A stretch of DNA of 64,000 bases, taken from NCBI RefSeq assembly GCF_009914755.1, contig NC_060938.1. One strand, given 5' to 3'. The stretch is from the human T2T-CHM13v2.0 reference genome, Homo sapiens. Both the position numbers and the translations under genes were made by a program. Positions 50,836 through 64,000 of this stretch are shown here, piece after piece. A model generated the notes under the pieces. The model had not been told where the DNA came from, made no database searches, and saw only the letters and a program-made list of their open reading frames with translations. Each line of letters opens with the position of its first letter. Position 1 is the stretch's first letter.

Positions 50836-52639
50836 TCTTTATGGTTATTGCAAATCCTACTCATCACTTTTGTTCTCCAGCCTCTTCCTTTCAGATCTCA
50901 AACTAGGGAGGTGAAATGCATGAGACCCCCTTCCCCAGCAAAGATGAATTTCACAAACTTTAAAACATCTGAGTAGATATTATGGTTCTCCAGGATTAGG
51001 CATGAAGAAAAACAGCCTAAGAAATAATAGAGACTTGAAAAAGCATAAAGAAAGCCTCAGGGAGCAGAGAAGCCTGGAGGCAGAGAGAGAGAGAGACATC
51101 TTGAATGCCAGCAGAAATTAGAAAATAATATAAGGAGAGAAACAACTCCCTAACCAGGAGCAAGGTGGAAGAAAACCTGAACCATCCACATGGCACCAAA
51201 GCAAAGGTAGTTGTTATTTATGCTTATTTTCAAGACAGTTTTTTTTTTCTTTTGGTATGAGAGTGGGAAGGGGTGAAGTAAATTACTAACTTTTGGGTTT
51301 TCTTCTTACTCTTACTTATTTCTGTTTGAGAATTTGCTCCCCATTATAATTTTTCAGAAAAATGATGGCCACCCTCCCAAAAAAACCCAAACAAACAAAA
51401 AATTCCCAAACCTGAAGAAGGTTTGCAATCGACATGTGAACAAGACAATAGAAAAAAACAGCACAGGAGGTTACAAAGCTGGAATTTCTCTCTTATTAAG
51501 CCATAACTTATAAAGTAAATGAAAATTGAGCTCACATTGCTCTTCCTCTGTTAGTTATTTTCTGGAAAGCACTAGGGCAGGAATTTTTAGCAACTAGTTT
51601 TTTTTGCTATTTCAGATAATATTCAAAAAAGTTTATTACTTGCTTTACTTCTCTGTTGAACAATAACCAATGATATTTACATCCTTCCAAATAATTACCA
51701 AATATCTCACAGAACATCTGGAATTCTGCAAAACATGACAAAATGAACGATAAACTCAGAAAACTTCCCTAAAATGAATTAAGCCCCTCCACTCCTGTCA
51801 CTACTGTTTACAAAATCTGACTTTCCACCAGACATAGCATTTCTTTTCATTTTGATTTCCTTAAAAGAAGAAATGTAGAATACCTTTAGCAAGTGTGTTT
51901 TCCATGTTTTGAAACAGAATTCCAAATAAATTCTCATGAACTAGAATCTTTATCAGGCACCTGTAAACACTCCACGTGTTGACTGATCTAGCAATTCACC
52001 CATGACTGACGGGCTGTTCTCTACAGTTCATTTGTAGCTTTTCTATAGTTAAATTAATACTAACTACAAACTTAGCAGTTACAGGTAATGGCACATTATC
52101 TTTTCCCTACCATGCCCTCAATATCTTTTGAAAATCTCACACACTGGATAGAATTATGTAAGAGGTTCAGGACTGTAGCTCCAGAAAGTATGCATTCAAT
52201 TGTCTGAATTACGCCCTAATTCTCTCCTTTCCTAACGCTCTATAAACACTACATCCCTGTGAAACCAATCATTTTTTAAAACACAATTGAAAAGACATGT
52301 GAGGAATGTTTTGGATTTGTGTAGTTAAATAAAATATTTCTCCTTAGCATCCTGCATTCTTTCATCAAGAAAATTATTTAGTCAAAATAAAATTTTACAT
52401 CACTAACTCCCTCAGCAAATAAACTACTTTTAGATCCCCAAAGTGACTTTTACTACCTATTTTTTAAAATACTCTTTGACATGATAAAAACTGTATCTCA
52501 AAGGAGCAAGGGCAAATTAGCCTTTGATTAGAAAGCAAATAATTCATCATTCTTTCTTTAAATCATCTTCTGTAAGTAAACATTGATGAGTACATTGAGA
52601 TTTTTAATGTATTTTTCTTGAAAATAATAACAATAATGT

Positions 52640-53210
52640 GAACCATATATTTTACAGTTATTTTTATCCATTGAATCCACTGTGTCCCAGACACTGTACG
52701 AGGCATGGAGTCTCAAAAAATGAATAAGATCCAGTTCTTGGCATTGGTGAGTTTCCAGTATCACAGGAGAGAGAAAGAAAATCAACCATCACCATATGGT
52801 TTGATTAATTCTATGCTAGGGGAACACGTGGGACATCATAGAAGTGGGGCTCTCAGTTCAGCTTCAGGAAGAAGTCAGGGTGATTCAGGCCAGTTATACA
52901 GTCAACAATTACTCAGCACTTACTGAAATATTTTCCTGGAAACAGGAAAATGTTCTTTAAGCAGAGCCCAGCAGGCTCTTATTTAGTTATCTACATAAAA
53001 GATAACTATATTGATAATGTGGGAGTAAAGAGATTGAGAGAAAATTGTATGCAAAGGCATGGAGGAGAGAATATGCTATGTTTAGGAGACTCTAAAAATA
53101 TTATCATGGCTGGATGATAAAGTGGTATATACAAGAAGGGTCACTGTATGCATGTTCTTTGATGTCATCCTAAGGATTCTGAAGTTCATCCTGAAGGAGA
53201 AGGTCCAGAT
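52640..53210 (-). mobile_element. L2, resuming after the ERV at about 55010-55815
   Basis: CACTGTGTCCCAGACACTGT; TGCAAAGGCATGGAGG; later L2-like purine-rich sequence. Confidence 0.65.
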
Positions 53211-53214
53211 ATGC

Positions 53215-53707
53215 CACTTGTCAATTTATTGCTGTTCAGCTCCAAATCCACTTGCTGTTCAGCTCCAAATCCACCCTTCTTTTCCCTGCTTGTGATATTG
53301 GAGCATTTTTCTTATGCCTTATTAGTAGAGGATGCTAGAGGGTGCTAGAGGGACCCTGTTCCTACATTCTGGTATACATTTTTATGGCAGGATTCTGAGT
53401 ACTTCCGAGAACGGCTGTCTATAGAGTCCAGACAGAACATCTCAGCAAACTTCTCTGCCACGCAGTGGCCCACGTTCACACTCTTCTCAGTGAAGGCTGA
53501 ATATCAGTCATGGTGGAGGCACAGGACCTCTTCCAGTTTGGTTCTTATTCTACTTCAATCTTCTTAGCAGTGGCTGCTCCCTATCCTCTCTAGATCTCCT
53601 AGTCCAATAACTCTAATCCTCTGTTATGGTTAATAAGTCTTAATGTTGGACTATTTCTGTTCAAATTACTGTGTTTATGTTTCCTAATTAGATCCTGAAT
53701 TGACTCA
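53215..53707 (+). mobile_element. ERVL 5' LTR (LTR41-like)
   Basis: TTGCTGTTCAGCTCCAAATCCACCCTTC near the start; ends just before the primer-binding site. Confidence 0.7.
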
Positions 53708-55005
53708 GAATTGGTGCTGAGAGAGGTCCCAGGAGATAGATCCACAAAGATATGATTTGGAAATTGGTTTGGTTTTGCCTCTGGTCTTGAGCTGAGTGCT
53801 GAGCTCCTCAACAATAGGAAGTGGATGTTACTAATCTATGGCATGCAGTGGCATCACAAGTATTCAAGCTGTCACCTGTGGTTGCTTGTGATGAAGTGCC
53901 AACTGAAGCATGTGCTTTGGGAGTTCAAATGACTACAGCACTTGACCTTATGACAGTAATCCAAGGATTACTAAAGAATTAGGGTATGCGATGAATTCTC
54001 CTGAGTGCACTAGAGTGCTTATAGAAAGACAATGACAAGCTCAGGTCCTTTAACTATCAGTCAAGGTTTGAGAACCAGAATCCCTTCTTAATTATAGCTA
54101 TTAGATGCTATCACTGAAAATGAAAGGTAACATTTATTTGTGTACGGTTTTATTATTATTATTTACAACAACAGTTGAAGTCACAATATCACAAATATCT
54201 TTTGTGAATGTTAAGATATTGGTTGGGAAAGCATGGGACCTTAAAAGTCTGACTGGTAATATATGGTTGGATTCAAATGAAACTGACATTCTCGAATCCC
54301 AAATCGCTTTGAATCTTCTTTGCCAGTGAAATTAATTGCCCTACATTGTCTGAGGAGACTAGCTTTTCTCTGCTTAAAAGCCCTGTGATAATCCCGCCTG
54401 GGTCAGATATATTAAAAGGGGATACTCATTCTCCTAAATACCCTCCACCTTGCAAATGTCTCATGCTGCCACCGGACCCACAAGTAGGTTGAAATCTCAG
54501 CATGCTCAAGGGGGGACAGGTACATACTATGATTCAGGATAAAATAGCTTACACATCCAACACATTACCAGACTTTGCTTACATGTATTGGCAGAAACAT
54601 GAAGAGTATGGGAGTAGATTCTAAGGATGTTAGAAAAGACTGAGAAGAGTGAAAGGTAATGCTAGATCTGGCTGAATTAATTGATATATCTGCACTTACT
54701 AGAGACTATGGATTTAATGTGTTAGCTTTCAAGCTGAAGGTGGCTCTAACAGCTTAATTGGCTGGTTAGCTAAAATTCGGACTTAATGATGACCAGCTGT
54801 TAATAAGCTCAGACTGCTCTGGCGTAAAGTGTAGGAAGGAATCTAAAATCTTGAAGATGCATGTGCAACCTGCACACCCATCCCAGCTGCATTCCACAAG
54901 AAGACCCAGGAAACACTTCTTCATTAAGGCATTGAGAAATACATTAGAAAACAGGGAATCTGCATCATTTAAAACTCTATGAATGTTATTTTTTATAGAA
55001 TAGGT
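53708..55005 (+). mobile_element. ERVL internal remnant (PBS, leader, degenerate gag)
   Basis: TGGTGCTGAGAGAGG resembles a tRNA-Leu PBS; ORF 54105-54329 VKILVGKAWDLKSLTGNIW resembles the ERVL gag motif LIGKEWDPxxWxGDxW. Confidence 0.8.
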
Positions 55006-55817
55006 ATGACCCTAGGGGTGGGACTCTGATTAATCCCTCAAGTTTGGGGGAAGATATTGGTGTAAGAATGTAGGATAGAATGTAAGTGGTAAGACTAGAA
55101 AGAAATCAAATAGTAAGTTAGGCCTGTAATGCAAGTGAAAAATTTATAAAAGCTTAAACTAAGGTAGGAAAAGTGAGGTTGGAAAGAAATAAATGGATGC
55201 AGAATGTAATTGGTCAGTAGACTACATACTACTTAGACTTCCATCTAACATAAGGAATGAGAAAGAATTAGTCCAATCTACTTCCACTTTTCTCATTCTC
55301 ATTAGATGATGACAGGAATCATGTTATGATTCAGAATAATTTGAAATAAAAGAAGCAGAGTGTTTTGGAAGGAAATTTGTTTTGGGATATTTTGAGCTTA
55401 CAAATTTAGGTAGAGGTAGGCAATTGTATATGCAGATCTGGACCACAAGAGAGAAATCTGACCTCAAAAAAGAGTTGTAAGCATAATTAATGTGTAAGTC
55501 AAAGCCTTAAACAGATGTGAGATAGTTTCGATAGATTGTGTAGAAAGAAGAGAAGGAAGGGCAGAGAAGAAACCCCAAGGAGACTTGTATTTAACAGGTG
55601 GGTGAAGGACAAGAAAACCAAGAAACACAGAGAAGGGGCAACCAGAAATGCAATTGAAGAAACATGAGAGAGCTCAACACAGGGTCACCAACAGTGAAAA
55701 CACCACAGAGATGCCTTGAAAGAATATTGATGACCTTAGCAGGTCACAGAGGACAGGGGACTAAAGACAGATTTTAGTGGGTAAGAAGTGACCAAAAGGT
55801 GAAGAAGTGGAGACGCT

Positions 55818-56330
55818 GTGGTAGACACCGTGGCCACACTAAAACTAACCTTTACCCATCTCCACACTATAAGCTATAACACCAAATATCTACTCTCAGA
55901 ATCTCCTTTGCAAATAGGGATCATTGCTTATAGGCAATAAACTCTAAAGAGAAATCTGCTGTGAGTCTTTAATGAGATTTAATTTTTCTGTTAAATAAAG
56001 ATAGTCACTGAGGAGGAAAGGGGACAAGGTATGTAGGGTGAAGAGCACTGGCTATATTCCTACTTATGTATTTGAATTCAGTTGTGATGTTGATGCTGCA
56101 GCAGCTGTATTGGCATTATGAGGTAACAAAACTACATATTAAACCAATCATGTTAAGGATGGTAAAATTGTAAGATGGAAAAAGAGCGTCAATCCTTAAG
56201 GACACAAGAGGCCAATACCAGCAAAAATTTAACTCCAGATTTTTTGTTTTGTGAAAAGAATAAACCTTTATTTGTTTTGCTTTGGCTGTTCAGGTTTTTG
56301 ACAATTTGCAGTACAAAGCATTCCTAGAGA
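55818..56330 (+). mobile_element. Old MLT1 LTR
   Basis: TGTGGTAGACAC start; TCCAGATTTTTTG..GTGAAAAGAATAAACC...AAAGCATTCCTA end. Confidence 0.55.
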
Positions 56331-58181
56331 CTCTCTTAAAAATCTTTTTTTGTGAGAGTAAACAGGACAGTAACTGGGACATAGGACTTGAAATTTATGG
56401 GAAGGTGTTTTGCTTTTTTTGTTTGAAGATTTAGGTATTTGTTTACATTTTATTTTTTATTTTAGGAAGAAATGTATCTGGGCTAACTTGTAAGCTGAAG
56501 AGAAGAAATCAACAGAGAGGAAGGAAACGAGTGTATAGGAAAGCAAGATAATGCATGATGGAGAAAAACCTCAGATAAGACTAAGTGATGGATAGTAAAG
56601 GTAAAGAGATTAGCCTCATATAGATGGAGAGAAACATCTCTTCCTCTAGGGGGACAGAGATAAATTTGGAAAAAGAGTTGGAAAGAAAGGGCAAAGGGAA
56701 GCTGAGAGAATTGTCATTTTATTACCCTGTAATAGTTCCCAGATCGGCCAACCTTGCCACTCGGTTCTACTCACCCAGCCTAGAAAGTCTTTTCCACTCT
56801 GTCCAGGATCCAAACCAGCTCCAAAAAATCAAATCTCAGTTAGACCAGGGATGGATTAATTTCTTACACCTCCCTCCTCCCCACAAGCTACTTTGCAGTT
56901 TAGTACAGGATTTAGTACAAAAGAATAAATCTACTAGTAGAAATGAAGGCAGGCATCGGGAAAAGTAATTTCAAGGACCTTCAATCCAGGCCTGTAATAG
57001 GCAGTGACCTACTTACCCTGCAGGTAAGATGAGTCCTGCCAAAAGACTCAGCATGTGCTTCTGTACTGTCCAGGAATTTAGAAAGGTGATGTGAGATCCC
57101 TGGGCAAAAGATGCAGTGTCAGAACAAGTTTGACTTTCATTATTTGTATCTCTGGGTTATCTTTGGCTGCAGTGATTTAGTATGCTAAAATGAAACCTCA
57201 GTAGGACTATGTAAAAATAAAATAAAATAAAAACCTGACTTTTTGTCTACAATGAATGTGGGAGCAAAAAGTCAGCTACTGCTGAACTTTGCTGCTCACC
57301 TCAATTGAGTCACTAAGTTTGCACACTACTTATTGACCTTGAGGTTTAGCAATTGCAAAGGCTGATTTGATCAAAGATGGAACAAACTGTCTTATATTCT
57401 GACCTCTAGCAGTCACTTCACCTCTTTCTAGATTTTTAGCATCATAGCAAATGGCCCAGTCTTTCACATAGCTGGCAAGTTCTCCATTGTCATTCTCAGG
57501 AGCAGGTTTAAAAACAATGGAAAGCTTTAAGCCTTTCCTCTTGGCTGGTAAAGAACTTTTAGGGAACCAGAATCACTGCTACCATTCACCCTCCTATACC
57601 TGGAATTGGCTTCAAAGGACTCTATAGCTTCACATTAAATAGGTCTTAATACATAACTCTTTCAAGAGGATTCATATGATCTTATGAATTATTATTCATG
57701 GCTGGGCTGTTTCTAAGCCAATTCAAGGGCATACTGTACTTTACAAAGCCAAAGCTCACACCCTAAAAGTCTACCCATTCCATTCAATTCTAAGCATTAT
57801 TCAGTGCTTATAAAGAGAGAAAAAAAAGTAGTGATGACTCTTTATACCCTTATTATAGATTCCAAGGAATAAGTGGGTGTTTACCCCATTTTAAGAAGGC
57901 AAAGAGAAAGCTGTTAAGCACTGATTAGTAAGTTAACTTTCTCAGATACAATGCCAGACCCATCACAACCTCCCCTGTGCAAAAAGGAGAAAGCCAGAAA
58001 GCTGAGCATGTGATATGAGAAAGTTTTACTGGAAGGAGATGTGGATATTACTAAGCACTGACAATGTTGAACTTTGCCTGAGCCCCGTGCTCCTGGAAAA
58101 TAGCTACGGTCAAGAAGTGCTCCCACGCTTTTGTGTTCTAGGAGATGGCTTCCTCTAAAGAAACACCCTTTCCAGGATGAC

Positions 58182-58707
58182 TTGGAGAAGACTCTCACAG
58201 ATGACCACTTTGTTTAATGATGACAAGGATAGACACAGACCCTCTAAATTCCCATTCTTATTACCTGAACTGTTTGTCCTCACTGGCCAATCTGGACAAA
58301 ATATCCAGTAGTCTAATTCATTCCAACTTCCAGGCTCCTCTCCTCCCCTCAGGACCCTGAACTTTGAGCTACCTTCAGCCTGTGCCTGCATGGGAATGTG
58401 GAACAGTGCCTCCTCAAAGACCCCCTCTTGAAAATCAACTCACTCTAAATGCATTATCTCATCAACTGTACAGTCACACTGTCGACTTGTCCCACATCCC
58501 CCCACCATAGTTCTTCCTAGCCTTGTTTATTCCTCCCTATAAAAAGTCCATGTCCACATGACCTTCGAGATGCTTAGAAACCTTCTTGATTGAGCATTTT
58601 CCCTATTGCTTAAGCCCCTCCTGCTGTTGCAAAGGTCTTCTCCCCCATTGCAATAATTGTTTCAAATAGTCTCTTCTTACCTACCTCTAGATTTGTTTTT
58701 ATTTGGC
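58182..58707 (+). mobile_element. ERV1-type solo LTR (MER89/MER90-like)
   Basis: TATA-like CCCTATAAAAAG, repeated CCCTATTGC/CCCATTGCAATA, TTTTTATTTGGCA end. Confidence 0.55.
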
Positions 58708-58979
58708 AAGACTTAGTTTAGTTGGCTTCATGTCTTTCTTCAAAGAGAGCAGGTTAATCTGCAACCATGTTGTTAAACTAAAATCAAGGCCCAGAAAGAT
58801 GAATAATCTGAGGGAGCATACTCTACCTCAAAACTCAAAGAACTTTGCTGTCTGATAGAATTTGTGACCAACTTTGCACTGACAAAGATAGTACAATATA
58901 ACCTGTGCATGTTATGAAGCTGTCACATAATACAAAGCAGGGGGAGTGAGGAGACAGTGTGGTGATAAAGTGTATCACT

Positions 58980-59180
58980 TAGCAGGGCAGCATGATATAG
59001 AGAGAACCATCCCTGGCCTGCAGATCAGGCACCCCACGTTCCTGTCCCACCTCTACTAAATGACCTTTGGAAGATGACTTATTCTCTTTGGGGCCTCTGT
59101 AATTTTATCTGTAAAATGAGGGGATTGAACTTCATGATCTCTAACCTCCCTTCCAGCTCTAGAAGTCTACGATTCTAAAA
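58980..59180 (+). mobile_element. MIR/MIR3
   Basis: ATCTGTAAAATGAGGGGATTGAAC...CCCTTCCAGCTCTA. Confidence 0.75.
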
Positions 59181-60149
59181 CAATTTAGAGTAAATCATAA
59201 AGACAAACCTTCAGGCAGTCAGATCAGCAAAGGTGACTGCAAAGAGGGCTACATGGTGTTATGGCCAGGGCCGTAATGAGATTTGTAATTAAATATAACA
59301 ACATGGGGTCATAATCAGATCTCATGCTTCAGAAACCACATTAATCATGATAGGGATCAGGTAGGTCACTCTCCCCAGAACGCAATGGGGACCTTGAAAA
59401 GGAAAGTGAAATGTCCCTTTCCCTCTCCAGCACCAAGCAGTATGCTTTACAGGGAGAAAGCCCGGGCCGGGCCGGGAGACTTGAGCTTTAATTCTGCACT
59501 GCACTTTAGTTTCCACCTCGGCAAAATGAGAAATTTAGATCTATGTTCTCAAACTTTCCGAAAGTATCTCTAAAACAAAGAGGAAGCTATTGCCCCGAAG
59601 CCTGCCAAAACATGTCAAGTTTTTATTTTCTTAAAAAATGAGTTAGGTATTTACTCCTACTCCATGTTCTATTTGAGTCTGTCTCAAACTTAAAATATTT
59701 AAAATAATTTATCACACTGTAAAACTAATAACCCATAAAGACTGTAAACTTTGGCTTGCAAATTCAAGACACCGAAGTGAGGTGGGTGGTAGTTATCTGC
59801 AAAGAGTAGATGTAGGTGTACCCCGGCTAGACCCTTCTAGAATTGATATTCTATGATTCTTAGAAATATTCTTGCTTTTGTACTGATCTATCTTTTGTTA
59901 GATCATAAACTGTGGTGTGTGTGGTGGGGGACTGGTGGGGGGACATTGGGAGAATAGCTATTGGTTAGGATGATAAAAAGGGAGCAACCCTGGATGAGTG
60001 ATTGCCAGAAAGGAGGCCTTTATCATGAAAATGTTGATTCCTAGGAGAAGGGAAAAAGCAGGAAAAGCAGACATAGTGAGGCTTCAGACTCCTTGGGGCT
60101 CAGATCAAAGGTAGCAGATCCGCCAAGCCTGAGGCCAGCCCTGAAGGAC

Positions 60150-60340
60150 AGAGACAATAAGATGGCACAGCCTAATAAATGCCGCAAACCCTGCTCTGTC
60201 TGATTCAAAACTAGCATTTTACACAATGACACAATGCAGTTCCATCTATATTTAAAATGATGTGATTTAGACACATTTAATTCACACATTCCCATACTCA
60301 TACCATTAATTAGGCCACTTTGATGGATCACGGTGAGCTA
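60150..60340. promoter_or_regulatory. Candidate developmental enhancer
   Basis: Tandem ACAATG, CTATATTTAA, TTAATTAG, overlapping CTTTGAT/TGATGGAT. Confidence 0.35.
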
Positions 60341-61154
60341 CAGCTAAGATCTAGCCCTGCAACTGCCTAGGTCTGTACACATGTATTGAAAGACCCTGAG
60401 GTTATTACAAAAGTGAAGTGGTTGATCATTAAGCTGCCCTTCCATGGGTCATCTCAGTGTACCCTATGATCTTCCCAACCAATTCTCCCTGCCTTCAAGA
60501 CTATTACATCATCTACCCCTCCAACTTAAAACTTACTTAGGACCCACCTTAAGATAGGGAAATGAAATTGAACAGGGCACAGTTCCTGTCCTCAAGTAAA
60601 ATACAGAAATTTGAACAGCTGATTACAAGCAGTTCAATTTAATAGAGGTATAAACTCCTTCTACTCTTGTCTTAACTCTGGAGCAGAATTAGCAAAAACA
60701 AGATCCTTCTGGATGCTTGCTTCTGTGAGAAGGTGGATGCTAATTTAGATTCAACCCGAAGATCTTGGGGTGACCCTGGTACCTTATAACTGTGGAATCT
60801 ACTTCAAACTGCCACAAACTAGACATCATAGAGGTACTTGGGAGCATTGCAGTCTACCAATAATTTGATATTCATTGGTTGAAATATTTTAAATAATCAT
60901 TGTACTACTTGAATGTGTACAGCATTGTTCAGGAATTGGTTCAGTATAAAAATTGATATAATGTCACCTCTGCCTCCCAGATCTTAAGGTCAGGATTCAG
61001 CAAATTCAACCTTCCAGAAGAGCCTTTAAGTTTGTAGAGAAAATGCTACCAAATCTAGTGAAAACAGCTATTGCAAAGATTACAGTCTCCTGAGATATAG
61101 CTGCATTAATATAATTTTACATACTGTATTGGATAATCTTGGTATTTTCCTAGG

Positions 61155-61645
61155 TGGAGTAGACAGAATAATGGTCCCCCAAAGATATCCATATCTTAAT
61201 CCTTGTAACTTGTGAATACACTATGATATTTGGCAAAGGGGAATGGAGATGACAGAGGGAATTAAATTTGCTAATCAGCTAACCTTGAGATAGAGTGGTT
61301 ATCCTAGATTATCTGCTGAGATCATCATAATTACAATGTATAAGTGGACGAGGGAGGCAGAAAAAGGAGAACTAAAGAAATAGAAGCATGAAACGCCAAT
61401 ATTGCTGGCTTTGAAAGTGGAAATGGAAGATAAAGAATCAAGTAATGGGGATGGCTCCCAGGAGCCAAGGAATAGTTTCTTCCCCAGTGCCTCCAGAAAA
61501 GAAAACAACCCCCACACAATTTTACTTTAGCTCAGGAGACCCATTCAAACTTCTTAGCTCCAGAACTGTGAGTTAGTAAATTTGTGTTATTTAAAGCCAT
61601 TAAGTGTGTGGTACCTTGTTACGGTAGCCATACAAAACGAATATA
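61155..61645 (+). mobile_element. MLT1D-like LTR
   Basis: CAGAATAATGGTCCCCCAAAGATATCCA...AAGCCATTAAGTGTGTGGTA. Confidence 0.9.
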
Positions 61646-62239
61646 CTAGTTACATGGAAAAGAGAGAAAAGCAATTGAAGCAGCCAACAACAGCTCAGGT
61701 AGAGAATAGGGAGTCATAGAAACCAGAAGCAGACCCACAGATGGCTGAAAAGATTGCCTAAAGAGAGAAGGGACTAAAACCACCAATTAGGAGAAAATCA
61801 TACTGTGGGGAGACCACAAACCACAATAGCCCTGAGAGAGAGGAATGTGGAACCACAAAGTAGTCAGCCACAGAGCAATGGGAGTTGTTAAAAACTAAAC
61901 CAGTCCTGGCCTACAACAGCTGCCTCCGAAGGCATAATTTAATTCTAAAGTTGACTGTCTTATGTTCCTAAAACCGACCAAGTCAACATGAAAATGTTAA
62001 ACTGCATTCTCTATGTTCTTAGAAGGAAGGAAACTGTGGACTATTTAGAGTTATTTTCTCTTAGTTGCCAGAGCCAGCCACTTGCATGCATAAAAACCAA
62101 ACATTAACAATAAGTTATTCTTAGTGTGGGGACCCACTAGAAAAAAAAAGTAAATTCAAATGTCTGTGAAGGCAAGGGCATGTATAGCTTGAAAAATATC
62201 CTTTGGTTTCCATGACATCACTTAGTCATCTCTTTCCCA

Positions 62240-62630
62240 CACTGACCACGTCTCATTTTTCTTCCCCAGTTTCCTTCACTCATTACATTTTGGTTCTCCC
62301 AGGTTTACTATCTCCAGATTTTTTCCTCCTTCTTCTCTCTATGTGCTATGTAAAATCTACCAAGCTGGTGGCTTTCACTACCCTGTACATGACAATGTTC
62401 TCAAGCCTTATCCCTAACTCAGAATTTTCTTCTGAGTCGCCGATCTGCATTTCAAGCATTTGAATGCCCAGTAGCATGAAAAACTAAAAATGTGCCTAAA
62501 TAAAGCTTATAATTTCTACCCTCATTTACCTTAAAATTCTATCTAGTTCTTTATTCTTTACTTCATTTAATTGGAACACCATCCATTCATTTGCTCAATT
62601 CCAAAAGCTGGACATTACTTCTCTTTGAGT
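62240..62630 (+). mobile_element. L2 fragment
   Basis: TGGCTTTCACTACCCTGTACATGAC; CACCATCCATTCATTTGCTCAA. Confidence 0.6.
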
Positions 62631-63091
62631 TGCACGATCCTGGCATTGGAACTACTGGTAGCAGCCCTTTTCTTAGGACTTACATGCACTTTATTACGGC
62701 ACTGTTTTGACTATTATTACTGCTTAACAAACATTTTAAAACCAAGTGACATAAAACAACATTTTATTATGGTCATTTATTCTTTAGATCAGGAATCTGG
62801 AAAGAGGACAGTAAAGACGGTTTGTCTTTCCTTCATGATATGTGTGGCTTCAGGAAGATTCGTAGACTGGGGATAACTTAATAGCCCTGTGTTGGCATCA
62901 TCATGAGTCACATTGTAGCTATCTTTGGAAAGCATAATCTGCAGCAAACATCACACTTTTATGAATCTTTACATACCTGTGGCATTTGTCACATTAAAAT
63001 TGTTATAGAAATTTACACTGATCGCAACTTTTAAATTATGGCAATTATTACAGCCATTGCCAGATCTTGTCAATTGAGGCATTCATTTTAA

Positions 63092-63530
<439 letters not shown>

Positions 63531-64000
63531 TCAGATAGCAAATGGGATTTAGGCACAATAAAAGGTTAACTCTCAGTATTACTTGAATAAGTGAATAAAT
63601 GAATAGCAGAAATAAAATTTTGCCATTTAAGTGGTAATTTCTAGTTAGGTAAATTTTTAAAACGCAGATCACCGCACTTCCCAAGAATGCGAAACAAATG
63701 TAATACTCTTTTGGGCTAAGAATACATTTTATTTTGTCTGTTTGGGTCCCTATTTCATTAGTGTTTAGGAAATCAGTAAGTATAATTATGTAATAATTAA
63801 GCAATAATTAAAATACCATATTATGGTTTCTGTATTACAACACTCTGAGCAGGTCTGATTCTATGCATCGAAGCAAAGTAAACAAACACATGAACCTGGA
63901 GAATGTTCCTTTAGTCCTGCCTTTCCCACAGTGAGTTCTATAAAATGCTGGTTCTGTTATACATGAAAATAAAAGGAAAGAAGTAAGGAAGGGAAGGAGA

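Noticed and set aside
56624-56968. 114-aa ORF
   Set aside because: Purine-rich, probably L2-derived start and no recognisable homology
59455-59480. GCCCGGGCCGGGCCGGG as a G-quadruplex or promoter
   Set aside because: Only three closely spaced G3 runs, very short, and within a MIR-like fragment
63817-63827. CCATATTATGG as an SRF CArG box
   Set aside because: Seven A/T bases between CC and GG instead of six

Overview
AT-rich, repeat-dense primate (very probably human) intergenic or deep-intronic DNA. The evidence is AluJ/S/Y, L1PA/L1M, MaLR and ERVL LTRs, MIR, L2, MER30 and MADE1. No protein-coding gene, RNA gene or CRISPR array is supportable, and the ORF track is Alu/L1/ERV remnants or chance ORFs. 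I could not identify the locus, and all repeat subfamily calls are by eye from recalled consensus sequences. I see no evidence of a new multi-gene system. The best leads are: (1) a ~175-bp, ~84%-identical inverted duplication (43190-43365 / 43914-44087) whose copy splits a MIR; (2) a candidate minus-strand 267-nt, phase-symmetric, fully open exon (5131-5397) bracketed by inverted Alus, plus a second candidate exon (1149-1320); (3) a non-repeat CpG-retaining patch (~37690-37920) with NRF1/GCM/TEAD-like motifs; (4) several compact hairpin or cruciform structures; (5) repeat-free, motif-dense blocks resembling developmental enhancers.
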